A stretch of DNA of 64,000 nucleotides, from the IMG/VR virus record IMGVR_UViG_3300031576_000002, positions 124,001 to 188,000 of that record, one strand, 5' to 3'. Of the stretch, positions 19,101 through 26,510 are shown one piece after another. The first letter of the stretch is position 1. The number at the start of each line of letters is the position of its first letter. The notes beneath the pieces are model-generated. The model did no database searches, was not told the DNA's origin, and saw nothing but the letters and a program-made list of their open reading frames with translations. The position numbers were made by a program, and so were the translations under genes.

Positions 19101-19665
19101 AATTCATTACCACCCCAGCATCTGCACTGACTATCCAATTATGTTGACTATTAGCTAGAAACTCCTCTCCTAGTGCGTACATGGGATCAGCGTCCGGCCA
19201 GTCTACCCCGTTCCACCATTCCTCTTTCCACGCCCGCAAGCTATCAAATAGCAGGACGTCGATTTTCGCCTGATCCAGACTGGGCAGCACAACCTTCAAA
19301 GCTGCTTCAAGTTCATCGCCGTCAAACTTACTGCTTACGGGGTCTGCCTCTTCAAGAGCATTCCCCGCTTCCTCGCCATGATCTTTTCGGACAATGTCTA
19401 CCGCTGACGACCAAATATCTTTCCCGCCGTCAATGCTTGGACGGTCCTCATCATTCCAATACTCCCATACGTCAAACTCGACATCGGTGCGTCCTACGAC
19501 TACATCAGGAACAAGGTAACGTCCGTAGCGAGCGTCCGCCCCATGGTCCAAGTTCCAGATCGCCTCGTGGGGGAAGAGTTCCTCGATCGCTGCTACAACG
19601 TCTTCGCTACGAATCCCAGGCATTGGACCCTCGACGCAAAAAATCGGACACGGCATCTGCCGCAT
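16195..19665 (-). CDS. Large acidic multidomain (polyvalent-like) protein with two GNAT-like DEIQSD modules
   Basis: 1156 aa; YIRIDG..VVENIQSD..AARRNNIRYL..FYEKLP..GF and WARID..VDEIQSD..AAREKGVKMLYL..YYEKLP..GF. Confidence 0.8.
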   Translation of the reverse strand: MRQMPCPIFCVEGPMPGIRSEDVVAAIEELFPHEAIWNLDHGADARYGRYLVPDVVVGRTDVEFDVWEYWNDEDRPSIDGGKDIWSSAVDIVRKDHGEEAGNALEEADPVSSKFDGDELEAALKVVLPSLDQAKIDVLLFDSLRAWKEEWWNGVDWPDADPMYALGEEFLANSQHNWIVSADAGVVMNLAQGYSNRGIPTLERFMEIAQEKRDEAEEARIEEIDIDHAGSADHLPRSVQEVEKQLEGRTPDEQLIQSDIEALLRNVPGYIRRDIIARIGTEATVAELQEAVARLDPMTFHVERGEKEYKGATISDVPYTFAFYPTDEIWNAVVADGKQIAGEPGWVLARKLYGQSLPGHYGEAIAYIRIDGEPEWIAVPSVGESGKAWVVENIQSDFMRSIYRYLDKEVIGKLAVDYKLSKQKVHRIVNALINRFSDWTDMVIDYLEDAARRNNIRYLIWTNAEIQANRWGGASDETLERFYEKLPAEEGFKKIEDPIKLYGEVYADLWVKDLGARKGASRLKTALGILGQEDLQPPVYEPLIPTDSRQLELIPLNPAEQERLQQEETRRQQAFVAEVHDYLYDLFCQEEPGKYRMEDPSEDLVEDNFEQEVRSRVEDMDESDYKTYAENNSLAEDARALEGFYEYLFAKNRVSADDVEKVFGKLDPSAKANFLEGESLQEEIANYGVVSTMEWLSKGYNVDWVKEFSNEWPAFIGDYASDEDLEKFIRDSQGDWLRGLAHDFAVESLLEQLDEELGDVLPVKYEKLRSLCEHFDTLPPLLTAAHAILDSSAALAPGLDDVVEHIEEEYNSLRSKHPFLPATIGGAGAASSKVEYVPGKEFLRTLLKEVEVAGGAIPFREIKKRYPWIENWSFKDRIVKGNNVTTQSIQAYLDSSGNTFDVSYKGWTGLQRSRNVRQTVLRLDMTEEMLEGMTPPARKVMEYLLKEGTYAGHPVRSQETIGWARIDPLSDTEWFVDEIQSDVYEQFLKLDEVLAGVADDSRDLPKGWPTLWEKGQDVADPSAMYRKVKPQIEKVLGQWEYALIQAVAEAAREKGVKMLYLATDDTLRITRGGLLSEGGMPKSRKVRRYYEKLPQQMGFQPGEISFVPRGDEEEQEHTYRIWQKKIASKISRLAARIGRPPFRAFLVVPSGIETRIW

Positions 19666-19695
19666 CCGAGGCTACAGGACCGCAACTGAAAAGCG

Positions 19696-20403
19696 CTAAG
19701 TCGGGTTGGACTCGAAGGGAGCTTCTTCGGTCTCGGCTGCGTGAACAGCCTGCTGGAGCCTCTGAAGCAGGGTCGAGCCATTCGGCAACTTCTGGAGAAC
19801 AGCTTCTACTTCTCGACGTAGATCCGAATTCGGCTGGCGTAGCTCTGGATTGTGCAGGATCAACTGGATGGCGTCGGCCTGGTCCTTGACCCTCTTCGAG
19901 TCAAGCTTATAGCCCAGCAAGAGCCCCAGAGAGGGCACGAGAAGCTCCGTACCATGCACGGCCGTACGCGCGGACTCACCGCTCATCGCTGCATCGAGCT
20001 TGTCAGGATGGAACACCACTAGCTCGATTACAACGCCTTCCTTGGCGTGCCGCAACTTCACGGGATCCAGGTTACCGCCCTCCCCCGTGACTCGGTCGAA
20101 CCCGTACTTCTTGGAGAGCGCCATGATTGGAGTGAGCGCGTTGTAGTCCACGGCAAAGTCAATATCCTTCGTCGCTCGCGTATAGTTGTAGACGTGCAGC
20201 GCATTGGATCCGATCAAGACGAACTCAACTCCGGCAGCGTTCAAGAGTTTGACGGCATCCTTCATCGCTGCTGCGAAGTTGCCGCCCGCTCGGATATGGA
20301 GTCGTTGGAAAGACTCGCGGAGAAAGGTCGAGTTGAGCGCCATCACCTCATCGAGAGAGGCGGTGGGTGCCAAGCGATTCGCCAAGTTCTTGAGCCGTTC
20401 CAT
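19696..20403 (-). CDS. Nucleotidyltransferase (AbiEii/DUF6036-like)
   Basis: VEFVLIGSNAL..TRATKDIDFAV; GYKLDSKRVKDQAD. Confidence 0.8.
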   Translation of the reverse strand: MERLKNLANRLAPTASLDEVMALNSTFLRESFQRLHIRAGGNFAAAMKDAVKLLNAAGVEFVLIGSNALHVYNYTRATKDIDFAVDYNALTPIMALSKKYGFDRVTGEGGNLDPVKLRHAKEGVVIELVVFHPDKLDAAMSGESARTAVHGTELLVPSLGLLLGYKLDSKRVKDQADAIQLILHNPELRQPNSDLRREVEAVLQKLPNGSTLLQRLQQAVHAAETEEAPFESNPT

Positions 20404-20445
20404 AGCGTGCAGTCTAGCAGAGCTTGCCCAAAAACGTCTCCGGCC

Positions 20446-20856
20446 TTACCGTTCCCGCACAGAGGTCAGGTCAACGATTTCGGCCTGTCCAAACCCCGCT
20501 CTCACCATCCACGGCTTTGGCCTTGTCCAAAGGCTGAACCGGATGATTACATCTGAAATGCGCTTGGCTGCCTTCTTAGAATCTGCCAGGATCCGCTGAT
20601 CTACCACAATAACACCCAACTCATACTCCATTGCAAGAAACACGAAATCCCCTGCATTAGAAGTAATCACGATCTCCCCAGCAGCGACCGTCTTCGCGAT
20701 CTGAGGATCCTTCATTCCCCCCGGTACAGCCTTGACGGTGATGTTCACGGCCTGCAAGCTGTCCAGAATAGAAGAGACGTCTTCATCCAGGACCACACGG
20801 CCTAGGGCCATGCCGGCTCTATCAAGCACCGCCTGAACTTTGCGAAGACGTTTCAT
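20446..20856 (-). CDS. DUF5615/Mut7-C-like PIN-domain protein (start revised to ATG 20856)
   Basis: VVLDEDV, MKDPQI, IVITSNAGDF, GVIVV. Confidence 0.65.
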   Translation of the reverse strand: MKRLRKVQAVLDRAGMALGRVVLDEDVSSILDSLQAVNITVKAVPGGMKDPQIAKTVAAGEIVITSNAGDFVFLAMEYELGVIVVDQRILADSKKAAKRISDVIIRFSLWTRPKPWMVRAGFGQAEIVDLTSVRER

Positions 20857-20903
20857 CGCGATCTCAGAGATAGGCTTGGTGAGGTAGGCTAGAAGATAGT
20901 GCA

Positions 20904-21030
20904 AAGAGGGCGGCAGCATGCCACTTTCGTAGGCCCGGCTCCGCACCGGATCTACAGGAGTGTGTGGCTACATCCCGCTGCGCAGGCGCCAGGGCTTCCC
21001 AGTCCCCCGGGCACTTACTGCCGCCCTTCT
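20904..21030 (-). ncRNA. Putative structured RNA or 5' leader, family unidentified
   Basis: Begins just after a GTATAGTA box; closing stem AGGGCGGCAG/CUGCCGCCCU, inner UGCC/GGCA, and a CCUAC-GAAA-GUGG tetraloop hairpin. Confidence 0.4.
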
Positions 21031-21037
21031 ACTATAC
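21030..21037 (-). promoter_or_regulatory. GTATAGTA -10-like box
   Basis: Immediately upstream of the putative structured RNA. Confidence 0.6.
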
Positions 21038-21178
21038 CCCTCAGAATCACGATTACGCGCGGGCAGCCTCTACGGCCTCACCAGAAGCAACGATCTGCGT
21101 AGACTTGCGTCGAACCCTTTTTAGCGCCTCGACTTGAAGTTCGAGCGGCTGCCCGGCAGCATCGCAACCCTAACTTCT

Positions 21179-21802
21179 CTACGGCCCCAAAAGACGAATT
21201 GCTCTTCTGAGGTAGCCTGCTTGTACCGGCCCGTGCTCGCAATCATTCAGGCTCGGCCGCAAGCGGTGGTAGTAGTTCATGCGAATGGCCCAGTCCATCA
21301 CACTCTTGACTCTGGACGGCTCAGGCGACTCGCCAGGATCTCCCGTGCAGATGTAGCCTTGCAGATTGTCCTCGACGTCAAACACCTTGATTCCGTGCCC
21401 GCCCTCCCAGACAAGCCGGTGCCCGGTCTTCGGATCCTCGTCCTCGATGAGCGGCTCGACTTTGCCGTACTCACCCACGTTCGCGGGATCCGTTTCATCC
21501 CACCAGTGCGCGAGCAGATGCTTCAACCGCGACTCTCGCCGGTGAGGCCGAATCCTTGAAGTCGTGTCCATGTAGCCAAGCCTCCGGTAGTCGAACCCTG
21601 GCAGAATAGCAATCTTCTGCTCCGGGAAATATCCACGCCTTTCCGTTACCGCGGACTGCCCCACGACCTCCGTAAACAGCGCTGGCAGCGCGGCAGGAGG
21701 AACCGTCGCAGCATGCCGGTTGTAGGCTGCGACTTCTCCACGCCCTGAGAAATCAAAGGATCCGGCTAGATGTGCAAGGATGTCATGCACGCCGTTTATC
21801 AT
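21179..21802 (-). CDS. C-terminal half of HNH-split phage protein (..VHDILAH..F..RGE..A..H..TEVVGQ)
   Basis: Matches, from memory, the FR[AG]VHDxxGH...GE...H...TETxGQ motif of phage proteins; its ATG lies inside the HNH 3' end. Confidence 0.7.
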   Translation of the reverse strand: MINGVHDILAHLAGSFDFSGRGEVAAYNRHAATVPPAALPALFTEVVGQSAVTERRGYFPEQKIAILPGFDYRRLGYMDTTSRIRPHRRESRLKHLLAHWWDETDPANVGEYGKVEPLIEDEDPKTGHRLVWEGGHGIKVFDVEDNLQGYICTGDPGESPEPSRVKSVMDWAIRMNYYHRLRPSLNDCEHGPVQAGYLRRAIRLLGP

Positions 21803-22316
21803 GAGGGCAGTAACCGTACAAACCGAGACTCATATTGCAATTACAGCACAAAACCCGGTAACCCTCCGGATAGCCCTCTATTCTAAGCTCGTGAAATATC
21901 TCGCCCCTGTACCGAGATTTAGCTCTATGCTGCCCACCCCCTCCACGGACGTGATCTAAGCACAAAAATTCGAGTAGCTCTTCCCCGCAGCATGCGCAGG
22001 CAGGGTGATCCAGCTTGCTGTAATGGCATAGAGCTTCGTAGCGCTTGCTTCGCCGCCACTGCTTCAAATAAATTCGTCTCCTCTCCCGGAAAACAGGATC
22101 CTTTCCCCGTCGCCTGCTGTACTCTCGGAACTTCTCGGGACTAGCTTTGAAATACTCACGCGCCTGCCCCAAGACCTTCGCTCGAAACTCGGGCTCTTCG
22201 TGATACCGTTTGCGCTTGGCGGCAAGCATGCACGCCTTGCACTTCCCGTAGGTACGGTAAAATTCTCTGCGTAGCTTAGCCGTCCCGCACCGATTACATA
22301 TCTTTAGAGTGTCCAT
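21783..22316 (-). CDS. HNH endonuclease inserted within a gene
   Basis: ICNRCG..CKAC; CACCGE..LCLDHV..GG..YRVLCCNCN. Confidence 0.85.
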   Translation of the reverse strand: MDTLKICNRCGTAKLRREFYRTYGKCKACMLAAKRKRYHEEPEFRAKVLGQAREYFKASPEKFREYSRRRGKDPVFRERRRIYLKQWRRSKRYEALCHYSKLDHPACACCGEELLEFLCLDHVRGGGGQHRAKSRYRGEIFHELRIEGYPEGYRVLCCNCNMSLGLYGYCPHDKRRA

Positions 22317-22695
22317 GCACGTAGCATAACATGAAAATACCCCGAAAGTGAAGGTTCTGATCTTGGGTAAAGAAAGGGTGCTCCGGACCTCCGGTGAATA
22401 CCTTGAGCCGGTTGTTCTGCGTTACGTCCTCGACCATCTCCTCCGCATTGGCGTAAGGATTCTCGTCCACATACTCCACTTCAAACTTAGAAGTAATCCT
22501 GCGGAAAAGCTTGTCAAGATGAGCTACGAGTGCTTGGTAGGACGGCACCGCAGACGCATCGTGAGCAGGCGCTTTCTCGTAAGCAGTAGCAACGGCTTCG
22601 AGGTATTCATCCCAGTCCACTGGCATCAACTTGGCCAAACGCTCAAGTAACTGCGCGTTTTTCTCTGGCGCAGGTGTATAGTAGTCAGCATGCAT
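22294..22695 (-). CDS. N-terminal half of the split protein; start codon supplied by the element end
   Basis: NPYANAEEMVEDV..N.LKVF.GG.EHPFF..QNLHFRG; ATG 22695 lies inside the inverted repeat; original start probably ATG 23940. Confidence 0.7.
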   Translation of the reverse strand: MHADYYTPAPEKNAQLLERLAKLMPVDWDEYLEAVATAYEKAPAHDASAVPSYQALVAHLDKLFRRITSKFEVEYVDENPYANAEEMVEDVTQNNRLKVFTGGPEHPFFTQDQNLHFRGIFMLCYVHGHSKDM

Positions 22696-23914
22696 GACTG
22701 CTTAAGCCGCCACTTGCATAGCAGGTAAGCAGCCTTCTCGTTTCACAGAGGAACTTACAAGCGTATCCTCTCCACGAAGGGATAGCAGAGCCCGGTTTAA
22801 GACGTTTTTAGCCGCGTTGACATCTCTATCAAGGACCAAGCCACAAGCAGAGCAGATATGGACTCTTTCACTCAAACTCTTCTTCACAGTCATTCCACAT
22901 CCGCTGCACTCTTGGCTGGTGCCTCTGGGATTGACTTTTACCACTATCCTACCAGCTTCTTCCGCTTTGTAGGACAGCATGTGGAGCAACATCCCCATTC
23001 CAACATCTTTGAAGCTACGCCTGAATCCACGGCTGAGACCCTGGCTCATACCTTTCAGGTTCAAGTCTTCCACCGCAATCAGATCATACTCTTTGACCAA
23101 AGACTTAGACACTCCATCAAGAATATGCTTCCGAGTTCTTGTAACTTTCTGCCAAGCCTTAGCCAGTACCTTGACGGCTTTCCTTCTACGCTTAGATCCC
23201 TTCTGTCTCCTGGATACCGTTCTTTGAGCATGCTTGAGCTTCTTCTCGTTCTTGGCGTAAACACGTTGCCGCTCAATCAAGATGCCGTCTGAGGTAGCGA
23301 CTAGAGCTTGCATGCCTAGATCAATGCCAATGACTTTGCCAGTCTTGAGAAGAGGAGCTGGAAGCGGTAGCTCACAGGATAAGACGGCGTACCAGCCGTC
23401 AGCTTCTCTTTTGACTGTGACCTCTTTAACCTTGGCATCAGGCGGAAGCTCCCGATAAGGATTCCAGCGGAAGTGTCCCAGCTTGGAAAGATGTAGCTTT
23501 TTGCTGTCAAACTTGAAACCTGACTGATTGTATGTGAAGGAGTCGTACCGATCCCTACTCTTGAATCTGGGAAAGCCTGGCTTCTCTCCACGCTTGACTC
23601 TTCTGAAGAAAGCCTTGTACGTTTTGTCCAGTTTTTGAAGGACTGGGTGAAGAACTCTTGAATAGATCGTGTCATAGCCTTCTACCTGCTTTGAAACATA
23701 CTTAAGCTCTAGGCACTGATCGTAGAAGCTGAGAGTTCTATTATGCTGCTTCCACTCCAGGATTCGTTGTTCCAAAGCACAGTTGTAGAGGAAGCGGCAG
23801 AAATCCAGAAGCCGCTGGAGATTGATCTCCTGGGCCTTGGTAGGTTGGAGGCGGAACTTGTAGGAACGGCGCACGGCTAGAGTGTATCACAAGGGAGTTA
23901 AGGAATCACGCATG
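22689..23914 (-). mobile_element. tnpB-only cassette with terminal inverted repeats and 10-bp TSD (copy 1, 1226 bp)
   Basis: TIRs CATGCGTGATTCCTTAA / CATGCATGACTGCTTAA (14/17); flanks TAGTAGTCAG (22679-22688) and TAGTAGTTAG (23915-23924). Confidence 0.88.
22702..23874 (-). CDS. tnpB: RNA-guided endonuclease TnpB (390 aa)
   Basis: YKFRLQPT HTH; GIDLG, AVEDL, DRDVNAAKN RuvC residues intact; CSGCG/CSACG zinc finger. Confidence 0.95.
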   Translation of the reverse strand: MRRSYKFRLQPTKAQEINLQRLLDFCRFLYNCALEQRILEWKQHNRTLSFYDQCLELKYVSKQVEGYDTIYSRVLHPVLQKLDKTYKAFFRRVKRGEKPGFPRFKSRDRYDSFTYNQSGFKFDSKKLHLSKLGHFRWNPYRELPPDAKVKEVTVKREADGWYAVLSCELPLPAPLLKTGKVIGIDLGMQALVATSDGILIERQRVYAKNEKKLKHAQRTVSRRQKGSKRRRKAVKVLAKAWQKVTRTRKHILDGVSKSLVKEYDLIAVEDLNLKGMSQGLSRGFRRSFKDVGMGMLLHMLSYKAEEAGRIVVKVNPRGTSQECSGCGMTVKKSLSERVHICSACGLVLDRDVNAAKNVLNRALLSLRGEDTLVSSSVKREGCLPAMQVAA

Positions 23915-23938
23915 TAGTAGTTAGTGAAGGGCTCGGCC

Positions 23939-24406
23939 ATGAGTCAACCAGTAAAAAAAATCTCACACCGCTTCACTTGGAGCGACATCATCCGGGAGTC
24001 GGCATGGGCACAGTGGATTCGTATGACTCGGCCGCCAGGCTCGCGAATAACGCATACTCCGTGGGGGTGCATCCTCTCCGACATTCCTTCTGCCCAGCAG
24101 AAAATTGAAGCTCGAAAACTGCGCCGGGCTTACGAGTCTTGGATCGCCCAGGATGAAGAGCGTGCTCGTGACGCAGAGTTGTTCCGATTCTGGACCGCCG
24201 TGTTCCCTCCGCATCGCTTGCTCGTAGAGGTCACCGAAGCTTACGCGGCCGGCTTGCCGTACAAGAATATCCTCCGCGAGTACCGGCTACGGTTCAAAGT
24301 TCAGCCTCTCGGCTGGGCAAAGTGGGAAGCATTTGTTCGAGATCCGGAATCCGGCGGCGGAGTTCTCGTTCCATTCCGGGGTAGCCAAGAAGGAACGTCA
24401 CGATAG
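23939..24406 (+). CDS. Hypothetical protein (rare plus-strand gene)
   Basis: About 155 aa with protein-like composition; overlaps the minus-strand neighbour, so uncertain. Confidence 0.4.
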   Translation: MSQPVKKISHRFTWSDIIRESAWAQWIRMTRPPGSRITHTPWGCILSDIPSAQQKIEARKLRRAYESWIAQDEERARDAELFRFWTAVFPPHRLLVEVTEAYAAGLPYKNILREYRLRFKVQPLGWAKWEAFVRDPESGGGVLVPFRGSQEGTSR

Positions 24407-25499
24407 CGTCTGGACTCTGAAGTACCACGTCTCTCCAAGAGAGCGGGTACTTGGAGTAGGTGAGCTTGATCCCCAGCTCTTCAAAGTTCAATCCAAGCGC
24501 TGGACCGAATTTACGAAACCGGGAAGGAAACTTTCCTATCTCCTCTTCAGGGATGTGCCCTTTGACGTCAAAAGCGAGCGATACGATCACTTCGCTATCC
24601 CTGAGACGGTACATGCCCACGGGTCCGCCAGAGGGCTTGAAAATGATGGATTCTTGATCGAACCAGTTTCCCAGCTCCACCGCATCACGCCACTCCACCC
24701 CTTCTACTAGAATCGACCGCTCCCGCTCAGCGTAGAATCCGTAGACTGGCGTCCAGGAGTACCCTCGACGTTCAAGCTCTGAAGTCAACTCTCCGTGGCG
24801 ACGCCGGTTCTCGGCCCTCGACCTGTTTTCCTTTTCAGTGCGCTCCTCGATCTCCCGATCCCGCCAACGGATCCTCTCCGGTCGCGGAGAGGTCTGAAAC
24901 TCCTTCTCTCGGTCACGCTGTCTCTCCCACTGTTCCGGTACCTTTGGATCGAACTTCACGGCTCTGGGGTCGGGGCGGTAAGCAGACAGAACCGTGTAGG
25001 CTGCGCCCGGCCGCTGAAGGTACTCCAGATCCGTCACGCTAATCCCCAGCAAAGCTATCGCCCGTCCGAGAATGCCGGCCTGCACCTTGGGCACGTTAGA
25101 CCGCCATCCCGATCCGGGCGGCTTCTCGCGCGGATCTTTGCTGACAACCATCTCCTCCCAGAATTCCCTTACGCCAGGGCCTAGCAGTTGCCGCATCGGT
25201 CGCACGGCTTCCATGGGAACGGTTGGATAGATGCCGTCCCCACCAAGCTGACCGCTGAGAAGATCAACTTCGACTCCACCCGGCAATAGATTCCAGTTGT
25301 GGACTTGCCCGTCTGGGAGACGGCCATAGGCGATCTTGCCGCCTAGCTCTTGCTGCACGGCAAAGGCCACAGCAAGCGAATCCTTGGCCGTCGCTCCTTG
25401 GCTGTGAACGAGGCGCTGTACCTCTTGAAGTAGCGGCACAAAGTCGGCTGGAACTTCTCGCCCCTGCCCCAGCAGACTCAGAGCCCTGGCAAGAATCAT
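24294..25499 (-). CDS. YunG-like plus DUF3293-like fusion protein
   Basis: LAVAFAVQQELGG..HNWN.LP.G.EVDL..Q (YunG-like); VLSAY..ENRRRHGEL..L..GY...E.SILV..A.ELG..F.QESI (DUF3293-like). Confidence 0.65.
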   Translation of the reverse strand: MILARALSLLGQGREVPADFVPLLQEVQRLVHSQGATAKDSLAVAFAVQQELGGKIAYGRLPDGQVHNWNLLPGGVEVDLLSGQLGGDGIYPTVPMEAVRPMRQLLGPGVREFWEEMVVSKDPREKPPGSGWRSNVPKVQAGILGRAIALLGISVTDLEYLQRPGAAYTVLSAYRPDPRAVKFDPKVPEQWERQRDREKEFQTSPRPERIRWRDREIEERTEKENRSRAENRRRHGELTSELERRGYSWTPVYGFYAERERSILVEGVEWRDAVELGNWFDQESIIFKPSGGPVGMYRLRDSEVIVSLAFDVKGHIPEEEIGKFPSRFRKFGPALGLNFEELGIKLTYSKYPLSWRDVVLQSPDAIVTFLLGYPGMERELRRRIPDLEQMLPTLPSREAEL

Positions 25500-25521
25500 C
25501 ACGTCTCCCGAAAAGCCACGC

Positions 25522-25902
25522 TCAAGGCACAGGTAGGTAAGCCTTGGCCGCACTGACCAGGAGTACGCCAAAGGTCTGGCCTACCTTGCCGAGCAGCGCG
25601 TTCAGCTTCTCGCGGTCGCAGTTGCCCCGCTGAAGCGTCGCCAGGTCCGCCTTGGAGATCTCGATCCTGGCCTCGGGAGTCAGATTCTTCATGAGCAGGT
25701 CACGGGCTTCCTGGCTCATCTTGGCGCCGCGAATGGCGTGAACGATGTCAAACCAGATGTCCTGCGCGAACGCCTTGAGAAGATCCCGGATCTCAGGATC
25801 TTCAAGCATGCCCCCGATCTCGTCTTTGATCGTGTCCCGAAACCCGAGATCGTTGAGCAGAACGCCGAGCGTGCCCTTGATGTTGTCAAGCGAGTTAGCC
25901 AT
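25522..25902 (-). CDS. Hypothetical helical protein
   Basis: 126 aa with high codon bias; coupled to neighbours. Confidence 0.65.
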   Translation of the reverse strand: MANSLDNIKGTLGVLLNDLGFRDTIKDEIGGMLEDPEIRDLLKAFAQDIWFDIVHAIRGAKMSQEARDLLMKNLTPEARIEISKADLATLQRGNCDREKLNALLGKVGQTFGVLLVSAAKAYLPVP

Positions 25903-26476
25903 TCGATACCTCGGTTACGGGCTCCACGGCAGGAGCCGGCTCAGATGCAGGCGGGGGCTCCGCCGGTGGAATCGGCTCCACGGGTGCAGTTTCTTCCTTG
26001 AAGAGCAGATCAAACAGGCTCCCGAATACTCCGCCGAGGCCCTTATGGATACCGCCCCAGATCCCTCCCAGCAGCGCCAACGGGCCAGACTCGCGGTCCA
26101 AGTGCTCGACCACTTCCTTGGCCTTCAGCGCTTCAAGGCTCATCGCCTCCTTGGCTGGAGGGCACAGGTTGGAGTCTGCCGTACAGTCGCAGGCGGTCGC
26201 TTCCGTGCGAGCGGCGAGGTCATCGATCTCAACCGCGTAGATCCGGTAGGTCGATTCCTCTGGCATGGTCAGGGTGAGTACCTTCACCCTCGCCTCCCCG
26301 TACAGAGAGACGCGCGCTACGCACGAAGCGCACTCTTGGCAGTTCACCTCACTGTAGTCCTCTGCAAAGGCCCTGACGATGCTGACCGAGTTCGCAAAGC
26401 TCTCTTCCTGCTGAGCCGTGAACGCAGAACAGCTCGTGAGCAAAACGACGATGATCCCGGCGTAGATGGATCGCAC
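25895..26476 (-). CDS. Predicted lipoprotein with Cys pairs and Pro-rich tail
   Basis: (M)RSIYAGIIVVLLTSC lipobox after a G-rich SD; CQEC..C, CDC..C; Gly-rich amphipathic segment. Confidence 0.65.
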   Translation of the reverse strand: MRSIYAGIIVVLLTSCSAFTAQQEESFANSVSIVRAFAEDYSEVNCQECASCVARVSLYGEARVKVLTLTMPEESTYRIYAVEIDDLAARTEATACDCTADSNLCPPAKEAMSLEALKAKEVVEHLDRESGPLALLGGIWGGIHKGLGGVFGSLFDLLFKEETAPVEPIPPAEPPPASEPAPAVEPVTEVSNG

Positions 26477-26510
26477 GGCACCCCCCTTTACCCTAGTATC
26501 GAGGAGTTCG

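Noticed and set aside
20904-21030. FMN riboswitch, twister ribozyme, SRP or group I core identity
   Set aside because: Only short word matches (AGAUCCGGUG, AAGCCC, CUGGGAA); the required conserved cores are absent.
21791-22338. Group I or II intron around the HNH
   Set aside because: The insert is almost entirely HNH coding; no P7/S elements or domain V; no U|...G| splice pair restores the motif in frame.
23963-24214. 83-aa minus-strand ORF
   Set aside because: Unprotein-like composition, and it competes with a plus-strand ORF and a 46-aa alternative frame.
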